In this document: one piece after another, positions 54,701 through 64,000 of the stretch
Layout of the letters: each line of letters starts with the position of its first letter
Position numbering within the stretch: the first letter of the stretch is position 1
DNA from: the human T2T-CHM13v2.0 reference genome, Homo sapiens
Direction: 5' to 3' (one strand)
Length of the DNA: 64,000 bases
NCBI RefSeq assembly: GCF_009914755.1
Contig: NC_060942.1
Notes under the pieces: model-generated
Databases searched by the model: none
What the model saw: only the letters and a program-made list of their open reading frames with translations
What the model was told of the DNA's origin: nothing
Made by a program: the position numbers and the translations under genes

Positions 54701-57700
54701 CTAGCTGTAGAATTTTTTCATCTATAATATGGGTATAAGAATAGTAACCAACCCTTAGAATTGCCTTGAAGATTTAATATAAAGTTCTTAGTACAATTTC
54801 TGGCATGTAGGTGATTAAATATACGTTATATGATAATGATAAAGATAAGATAATTCTTGCTGTAGATCAAACTATTCAGAAAAATTCAAGAGGAAGTTAT
54901 ATGGTGTTTTAGAAAGGCCACTTTATTGGGAATGTACTCAAGAAAAGAAAGTACTACAATGTGCTTCTAAGATTTCAAGCCTGGCTGATGGAGAGAATTA
55001 GATTCTCAGTATCAAAGACAGAAATAATAAAAGCAATGATCTATTTGGGAGTAAAAAAAGATGTGCTTTGTTATTGGTACACAGAGTTCTATGGAGTCTC
55101 TATCAGACTGTCAAGATTGGGATAGCTAACTTGGAATTGCATAAGTGGGAATCGTGATAAGGAGAATTGTGTGAGCTAAAAAGCTATGTCTGTGAGGTCT
55201 CTGCATGCAGCTCTGTTGAAGCTAATGGAGTCAATAAAATAGATCAGAATGAGAATTTAAAGTGTACAAAGAAAAGAAATGGGAACAGAAACTTCATAAC
55301 ATCTACACTGAGAACAGAAATAAAGAACACATTTACTAGCAATAAACGACTGAGGCCCAGGAGTTAATCTATTGTCTGAAATTTGTTGACTGTAAAACAA
55401 TTAGAGGTTTTCCTGGGGGATAGGTGGGGTCGGTGGATAATTATAACTGACTTCTTGCTTGTTGTTTAACTCAGTAATCAAAATACCCCTGCCCACTTGA
55501 AAGAATTTGTGAAGACACTTTTGCCTCCTCAACTTTTTGTCCATAGCACAGAAATTTGAAGCTGTAAATTTAAGATAACTTGACTATTTTGTTCTCTTTT
55601 CTGCTTTTCTGTAGCATCAGGGTAATTTCTGTATATTCCCTTTAACTTTCTTCTATTCAGACACTGCAGATATTAGGACAGAAGGTATAGGGCTGGAAGA
55701 CTGAGGCAGGTAGTAGATATTTTAATCTAGGGATATTCTTCTTAACTGATATTAGATTGTAACTCTACTTGACTGTAAATTTTGAGGATAAATTTTGATT
55801 TTTATATATTAGCAATCAAATATTGTTAAGCAAATAAATAAATAATCAACAAATGAACAGATAGATATGGGATTTTCCCAGATAAGTAGCCATGCTTAGA
55901 ATTCTAGTTTTCACATATTTTAACCATTTAGAGAATGAGATAGGCAAGCAATGGGAAGTGAAAAGAATATTACCCCAGACTAGCAAAGCTGAACTAGATA
56001 AATGAGTGCTTGGCAGTGGGATTTATAGAGAAAGCTTTGCAAATCTAGCTGTTCTCTAGATGTGGTTCTGGAAAGTGGATTCCTCTATTACCTAAATAGT
56101 TGGTGAAGAAAGACCAGAAAAATCCATATGCAAATTCTCTTTCTTCCCTCATTCCACTGTTGAGTGTCCTGTCATATAATCTTACTTAGATGCAAGGGAA
56201 GTTTGAAATGCAATGTTCTTGTGCACTCATAAGGTTAAATAAGATTGGTGAACATTTAGCTACTATTATATTTTTCAATCTCTGAAACTCAGTAATCACG
56301 TGACCTGCTTTAGCAAATATTTTGCATTTAACCAGAATCTCCCCTGAAAAATCTGCTGTATCTCTTTCCTACCAACTGATGCTAACTTCTAAGCAATATC
56401 ATATGCTTTAGAATTTTGTTTCATTGGTACCTCAGTTTTGATACTAATTTTTGGATTAATTCAAACTATTCTGCAGCATCAAAACACTCCCCACCCCCAA
56501 ATCTCATGACTTAACTCAGTGAAAAACTGTCATTACCTAATGTCTCAGTGTGCTATAGAGAAGGAGAAGAATTTGCCTGCTGACACTCTTCCAAGCAGGG
56601 ACTCAAGGACTTTGGCTCCCTTTCTAGAGTGGTGCCATTATCTCATGCTTGTAGATGAGGAAAAGTGAGCAGATGGAAAACCATGAAAGATAGGTATGAT
56701 CAGTTTCTTTTTGGCTACTGTATGGACAAATAGGCTCTAAAAGGTAAAGGTTAGGAAGGAATAGACTGGTTGGGAGACTACTACAATAATCTAGATGAGA
56801 GCTGCTGATGATCAAAGAGGGGAGTTAGAGGGGAGGTAGTGAAGAGACAGGATAGTAGATAAAAATTTAGAGTACAACCCATAAGACCAAGTTATATAGC
56901 TAATAAGTAGCAGAACCCAGAGTCAGATCTTGTACTAATGTCTGAGTTTATTGCACTATTGCCTATGGCTTTAACTTTCTTCGGCTTATGTGTGGAATAA
57001 GCAAATACTTAACAGTCTTCTTTTTGTGGCTCGAGATACACAATTCTCCCCTATTATGATGGATTCTGGCTAGCAGGTTCACAATCTAGTCATTTTTGGG
57101 CATGGGGAGAGGCTCTTACCCATTGAGACTGCTCATACTTCTTGTTAATGAATAAGCTACACTATTCAATTGCTCAATCAAGGGCTTTCCCCCACCCACA
57201 ATCCTCATGGATTTGGTTGTTCCATCCATTTTCTTGTTTACCAAGAGGCAAGTCAGGTGGTCTGGGATTGCTGCTTTGCCTCTAGCTGGCTTCAAGTTGA
57301 AATGACTGAATTCAACACCATTGTTGAGACAATGTACAACCCTTGTTCTTTAATTACTCCTACTTACTTTCACCACATATTGTGATTCATTTGCTTAAAA
57401 CCACTGCAATAGTTGCTGCCATAACAAATGCTTTCCTGAGAGTCAGATTAATGTTCCCCTTTGTTTCCAGCTTATCTGCAGCCTGTCTGCAGTAATATAC
57501 TCAACCCAAACAAGCGTATTTTTCACTCACAGCCTGCCTTTTATGAGTCCCACTGACAGTTCCTTAATAAATAATACATTTCTAAATGTTCCTAAGCTTT
57601 TCTCCTTATTAATAATTCCAGCAGCTTTCCCATGGCTGAGGGGTTTAATTTGGTCACTGACTCGATTTTATTCTTGCCTGTTTCTCTACATTTTACTTTT

Positions 57701-59571
57701 TAAGACTAATGTCTGGACAAGAAGGAGGTTAAAACAGTGGTCTATCATAGCAGGTGTTCAACAATTATGAGTTAGTACACACTACACATTCGGATGTGTA
57801 ATGGAGACTTTCTTGGGTGTTTTTTGTTTGTTTCTTTTTGTAGCTCTGGCCCTTTTGCCATGAGAACAAAACAAAATCCTTGAATCCCATGGAAAGATAG
57901 CTTCAGGTTGATTCTCTGGAGACAAATGTGTCACTAAGTTTGCAAAATGCATTCAAATTAGCATGTTTAGGTATGAGATGTTTATTTTTGGTGTTTTCAA
58001 CAAACTCTCTTTTTTGTGTTTATCTATAATAATGTGGAATTGTAACTAATGCCTAAATGAAGTCTTTGATCTTTGTTACAAAAAAAGTGTTGGCTCAATG
58101 TATAAAAAAACAAAAATACTCAATTTGAGGAAAAGAAGAACAAATTCATGTAATTACTCATTCTTCACACTGTGTTTCTCTGTTCTGATTACACTAACTG
58201 GGAATGTCCGTTCCATTCTTCTTCCATAAAGCATTTTCTTCATAGCTAACATCCATGTCTATCTATTCTGAAATCACCAGTTTATGGCTACCCGGTGGAT
58301 GAAGTTTTAAGTACTCCCCCGTAGAATTCTCTACTGTTTCATCATTATTATTTCTTCCAAGTATATTGTGAATTGAAGGTGGAGGGGCAAGACTTTGGCT
58401 TAGTTGCATAGCATTTTACGTGAGATTTATCAGAGAAAGGACACTCAATATATGTGTTATAATTAATTGATTTATTTACTTCTATTTACATGTTATCTTT
58501 TTTGTGTGTTTTGTATGCTGTCAAGAATTTTCTTCTCTTGCAGAAACTACCCAGCCAGCAATTATGTTTTCAGGTTTTTGTATCTATGCTGACAACCAGA
58601 TTATTCTACATATAGTAGGAGTTAAGAAATGATGATGTACTATAAAGAGAGAGACAGAAAATTTCACCATGATAAGTTGTTGAGTAAATTCCTTTTTCTG
58701 GAAAAACTAAACAGTTTTAACTACTAACTATAACATACAATTTGTTTGATGTGATTCCTCGTGCTGTTGTAAAACCAGTTTAGCTCCTACAGTACTTATA
58801 CTCAGGTTTTGAAAAGAAAAGGGTTGTTACAGAAAAAGGTAAACAAGTTTGGATTCTAAGAAATTTTGATTTGGAAAACAATTCTGATAATTCTGTTATG
58901 GCATGTAGAACCTCACAAAAGCATTCAGTCTTTGGAGGGAAGACACTATCAATTTCCCACCAGGATTCTCTAGCCCTAACTTTTCAATGCACACCAATCA
59001 ACTTCCAACTGCTAGCACCTGTGCTTTTTACTTTAACACTTTCTCTTGTCACAGAAATCTCCAGTTCTGCACTGGTTGGGTGAAACGATTCTGAGTCGTG
59101 TGCCCTACCCTGACTCCTACAATTTCCCTGCTGGCTTAATCTCTAGTCTTCTATAGTGGTAGTTGGCTTTCTCATTTGCCTTTTATTGTTTACCTTTCCT
59201 TTGCTATGCTTCCCTTCCCTGTCCCAATTCCCCACCTCCATACCAGCATTCCCTTCACCCTCAAAATACAATACTCACACTTCAATTCTTGAATTTGTGC
59301 CTACTTCTGGGGAACTCAAACTAAGACACCGATATATATATCTTATTTCAATGGAAATTTATTTTTTATTTCAATTATTTGAATTTATTTATGCTTTACT
59401 GTTTTTTTTTAATGGAAACCCACTCTGGACACTCTGACTCTGAATTCTTCATGTGAGGGCCCTAGGATTGCATGAATATGTACATTTCACTTGAGAAATA
59501 GGAATAAGCACCCTCCTGAGGAGAGCCTGCTGAACAAGCTTAACCTAAATCCTCATTAAAACACTTAGGTC

Positions 59572-59946
59572 TGTATTAGTCTGTTCTCATGCTGCTAATG
59601 AAGACATACCTGAGAGTGGGTAATTTATAAAAGAAAGAGGTTTAATTGACTCACATTTCAGCATGGCAGGAGAGGCTTCAGGAAACTTACTATCATGATG
59701 GAAGGGGAAACAAACATGTCCTTCTTCACATGGCAGCAGCAAGGAAAAGTGTAAAATGAAGATAGGGAAAAGCCCCTTGTAATACCATCAGATCTTGTGA
59801 GAACTAACTCACTATCACAACCACAGGATGGGGGAAACTGCCCCATAATTCAATTATCTCCACCTGGTTCCTCCCATGGTACATGGGGATTATGGGAACT
59901 ACAGTTCAAGATGAGATTTAAGTGGGGACACAGCCAAACCATATTA
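59572..59946 (-). mobile_element. THE1 (THE1C-like) solo LTR
   Basis: tgtattagtctgttctcatgctgcta ... gatgagattt..gtggggacacagccaaaccatat. No clear TSD. Confidence 0.95.
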
Positions 59947-61189
59947 GTGTTTTATTCGCAGGGATGTTGAGAAAGGCAAATAAAATCTTTGGTAACTAGC
60001 TCATATTTGGAAGAAACACTCACCTTGAAACACCAGGGAAAATTTTAGTTTTTATGTTTAAAGGGAGCAAAAGCAAACCAAAGTTCTAATACCACAAGCA
60101 TAGCAAAACTGAGATAAAAATGCAAACCTATTGATGTACTCAAAGTCCCATATCTCGGGTAATCCTCTAAATTTCCTTCATTTCCATCTGATGGCTGATC
60201 CAAAGACACTGTTTCTCAGGAATAGCTGATTGGTTGTCTGCAAATAGTCAGTCCCTGAAACTACAGTTTGGATGTGAGGCATTGGCTCACTGAAGTGGGG
60301 AGATGGCATGAGGTAGCCTGGAACTGATTTTCTCTTCTGACTGCATATATCAGAGCCTGATTTACCACTCGTTTATAATTAGAGTATTGAACAGTGTGCC
60401 GTTTCACTAAGAATACAAGCTAACATATTATATGCTACCCAAAATGTCAATTGCAAATTATTATAGCTTGTATTTGGGGGTCAAGTGGTTTTAAGTATGA
60501 CTTTGTGTGTTGGCCATACACCATTTCAATTTCTGTAGCTTTGCTAATGATGTGCCTTCTACCCCACACCCTCCTCCTGCTTTGGTGTCTACTGAACTTT
60601 ATTTGCATTGCAATGCCCGAAGTCACATGGAGTCAGATTTCGTTGCCCCACAAAGCCTGTATTACATTCCAAGTTCTTCTGCAGTTAATGTCAAAACCAC
60701 TCACTGGTTTCTCTTTTGAGTTAATTACTGTTTCATGGCTGCATGCATGTCCTTTCTAACATGATAGTAAGATAGTAAACAACTTGAGGGTTTTTCTTGT
60801 TTTTATTTTATTTTATTTTCATGATGCCTACCACTGTTTGGGCACTTAGCTTCTCTCTCTCTCTTTCTCTCTCTCACACACACACACTTTTTTTAAAAAA
60901 AATAAATGAACCATTCATTATTTTAAAGAAATAGGTGGATGCTTGCTAACATTCACCCTTGCTTTTTATTTCTCTGAACATTCTCTTTAACAAGGAACAA
61001 GGATTTTTAAAGTGTTCTCAATCTCCTGAAACCCTTTCTTTAACTTCTACCCTGTTCCTGTCAGTGAGAATCTTGTCTTTAATTATTTCAGAAATGTTGC
61101 TACTAAGAGTGGTCTTCCTGCCCAATACTTACAGACATACTTTCATATGCATCCAAAGATCAGAAGTACAGCTCTTCTCTAAAATCAGA

Positions 61190-62235
61190 GAATGAGGTGC
61201 TCAACAGCAACCTTTCCACCTGTGCATTTGGTTTCATGACTGAGTCTCTCATGTCTTCAACTTCTCTAACTATATTGACTTCCCGTTCAATCCAGACACA
61301 CTCTCTAATCTCTCACTCTATTCCAACTACATTCATTTTCTGTCTCTCATTCTCTTCACCAATTACTGGAATCTATTATTAACCCCACTTCTGGACTCAT
61401 TCTATGAGGTTCTCATCAAAGATACTAAGTGCCAAATGCAGGAAGCATTTTTAGTTCATATATTACTGGACCTCCTCTGCTATATTTCATCTTGTTCATC
61501 ACTTTCAATTTCATAAAAATTCCTTTTTTTACTATTCTCCTGCATAGCTCTGTTGCCTACTTCTGAAAGCTTCATTCTCTGTGATGATCCTTTCTCCTCA
61601 GTGTCACATCCCTCGCAGATCTGCCCTCAGCTCGTTCCTCTTCTCTATGTGTGTCCTCTTCATAGATTATTTCATGTCTCTTTGTATCAATTAATAGCAA
61701 TATGCTGAATCTCAATTACCACCTCTACTAGAGAGCTCTACTTTAAGCTTTAGGTTCACATATTTGATTGCATATTAGGTACATTCACCAAATATTCTAA
61801 ATCCAACAAGTCCAAATGTACTCACTATTTTTCACCTTAATGAATTTGCCTTTTTATCAATCAACAATTGATATAGAGTTTTTCTCCCAAATATCTTTCT
61901 AGTCCACTTTGTCTTCTCTAATTGTGTAATAATTCAAGCTTGCCATCTCTCAGTTGGACTGCTGCAGCCACTTATCAATTTGTCTACATGTCTATAGGAC
62001 TGGTTCTTCAAATCCAATGTCCTCTTTCACTGAAGCAATTTTTCTAAAGCGTAAATTGGTCCATTTTCTTCTGCTGAAAAATCAAACATTTGATCTCTTC
62101 CATAATAAAGTACAGCTTACTTAATGCAGCTTGTAATGATCTCCACAGTCTGTTGCCAGCCCATCTATATAGTCTTATTTCTCTTAACTCTTGTCCTAAA
62201 CTATTATAGGAACATGGAACTCACTGTAGTTTCCC
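61190..62235 (+). mobile_element. L2 internal fragment
   Basis: Pyrimidine-rich: ttactggacctcctctgc; aaatccaacaagtccaaatgtactcac; ttctgctgaaaaa. Confidence 0.6.
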
Positions 62236-62249
62236 ATATATCTGTCTAG

Positions 62250-62343
62250 TCATCTGTTATCTATCTATCTATAAATCTATCTATAAATCTATCTATCATC
62301 TATCTATCTATCTATATCTATATCTATCTTTCTATATATCTAT
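62250..62343. repeat. (TATC)n microsatellite
   Basis: Interrupted TCTA/GATA array. Confidence 0.9.
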
Positions 62344-62444
62344 TTTGCCCTCACTCTGAGCTTTTACTTATTTCTGTACTCTGACGTAAAATCTTCACCT
62401 CCTCCACCTCAATTAAGCACAATTATTCTGTATTTTAAAAATAG

Positions 62445-64000
62445 AAATATTTTTAGAGCAGTTTCAGTTTCACAGTAAAATTTTTAAAAAGGTAGAGATT
62501 TCCCATATACTCCCTGCCCCCATATATACATAGCCTCCCCATTGTCAGTATCCTGTACCAGAGTGACACATTTGTTCCCGATGAAACTACATGGCATATC
62601 ATTAGCAACAAAAAAGCATAGTTTACATTAGAGTTCACTCTTGGTATTGTACATTTTATGGGGTTGGACATACGTATAATGACGTGTATTAACTGTTATA
62701 GTATTATACAGAGTGTTTCACTGCCCTAAAAATCCTCTGTGCTCTGCTAATTCGGCCCTCTCTCTCTCCTTCCCTTCCAATCCTGGCAACCACTGATATT
62801 TTTCCTGGCAACCACTGATATTTTTACTGTTTCCATAGTTTTAACTTTTTTAGAATGTCATATATTTGGAATCATACAGTGTGCATCCCTATTAGATTGG
62901 CTTCTTTTACATAGTAATATGCATTTAAGTTTACTCCATGTCTTTTCATGGCTTGATAGCTCATCTCTTTTCAACACTGAATTATGTTATCACAGTTTGT
63001 ATATCCATTCACTTCCTGGAGGACATCTTGGTTGCATCCAAGCACTGGATATTATGAATAAAGCTACTATAATCATCTAGGTACAGGTTTGTTTGTGTGG
63101 GTATATATTTTCAACTCCTTTGGATGAATATCAAAACCATGATTGCTGGATCGTATAGTAAGGCCATGTTTAGTTTTATAAGAAACGGCCAAACTGCCTA
63201 CCAAAGTGTACCATTTTTTATTTCTACCAACAATGAATCCTGTTGCATCACATTCTTTCCAGCATGTCAGTGTTCTGGATTTTGGTCATTCTGATAGGTG
63301 TACAGTGCTGCCTTATCAGAGTTTTAATTTGTATTTCCCTGGTGACAAGCTATGAAGCACCTTTTCATTTCACCTTTTCACTTATTTGCCTTCTGTATGT
63401 TTTTTATGGTGAGATATTTGTTAAGCTCTTTGGTCTTTTTTGTCTTCTTACTATTGAGTTTTCAGTGTTTTTTCTTTATTTTGGGTAAAAGTGCTTTATT
63501 AGATATGTCTTTTGCAAATATTTCTCTCTCAATCTGTGGCCCATTTTTTCATTCTCTTGATGGTGTATTTAACAAAACAGAAATTTTTTATTTTAATGAA
63601 TTCTAGCTTATTATTTTTTCTTTTATAAGTGTGTCAACGCCATCATACCTAAACTTCATCACCAAACCCAAGGCCATCTAAATTTTCTCCTATGTTTTCT
63701 TCTAGGAGTTTTACAGTTTTGCATTTTACATTTAGGTCTGTGATCAATTTGAGTTAATTTTCATAAATGTTTGTAAGATCTGTCTAGATTGATTTTTTTA
63801 TACATGAATGTTCAGATGTTTAAGCACAATTTATTGAAAAAACTGTCTATGCTTTGTTGTATTACCTTTGCCTCTTTGATAAAGATCAGCTGATTATATG
63901 GGTCTATTTCCAGATTCTGTATTCTGTTCCATTGATTTGTCTATTGTTTCACTAACATCATACTGTCTTGATTACTGTAGCTTTATGATAAATCTTAAAT
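62445..64000 (-). mobile_element. L1MC-type 3' UTR and ORF2 end, continuing past the window
   Basis: ttttagagcagtttcagtttcacag; agggttcactcttgg-like; catttaggtctgtgat; ttgattactgtagctttat. Confidence 0.9.

Noticed and set aside
26265-56000. Assignment to a known HERV-H lncRNA locus such as LINC00678/BDNF-AS or HERVH-CALB1
   Set aside because: The neighbouring coding exons expected at those loci are not present in the window. The locus cannot be named without a BLAT search.

Overview
AT-rich primate (human-like) genomic DNA, intergenic or deep intronic. I find no recognisable host protein-coding gene, RNA gene or CRISPR array; the listed ORFs are mostly L1, HERV-H or Alu remnants, or chance ORFs. 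Much of the window is interspersed repeat (Alu, L1PA/L1M, L2, MIR, THE1/MLT1 LTRs, Tigger3, MER20, MER5). The main element is a 5.7-kb minus-strand HERV-H provirus (26265-31969, TSD GGATC) inserted in an L2. Its 5' LTR7 is complete (TATA, two ACAAAAGA motifs) and is followed by a tRNA-His PBS and a consensus splice donor. A post-integration deletion has removed the PPT and the start of the 3' LTR. Unique DNA holds candidate non-coding exons and regulatory elements at about 7.2-8.6 kb, 32.9-33.5 kb and 48.6-49.0 kb, and a perfect DR5 element at 2739. The best hypothesis is an LTR7-driven and/or antisense spliced lncRNA locus. This is inference that needs RNA data; I cannot support a wholly new biological system from sequence alone. 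Repeat family calls are by eye from remembered consensus sequences, so boundaries of old repeats are approximate.
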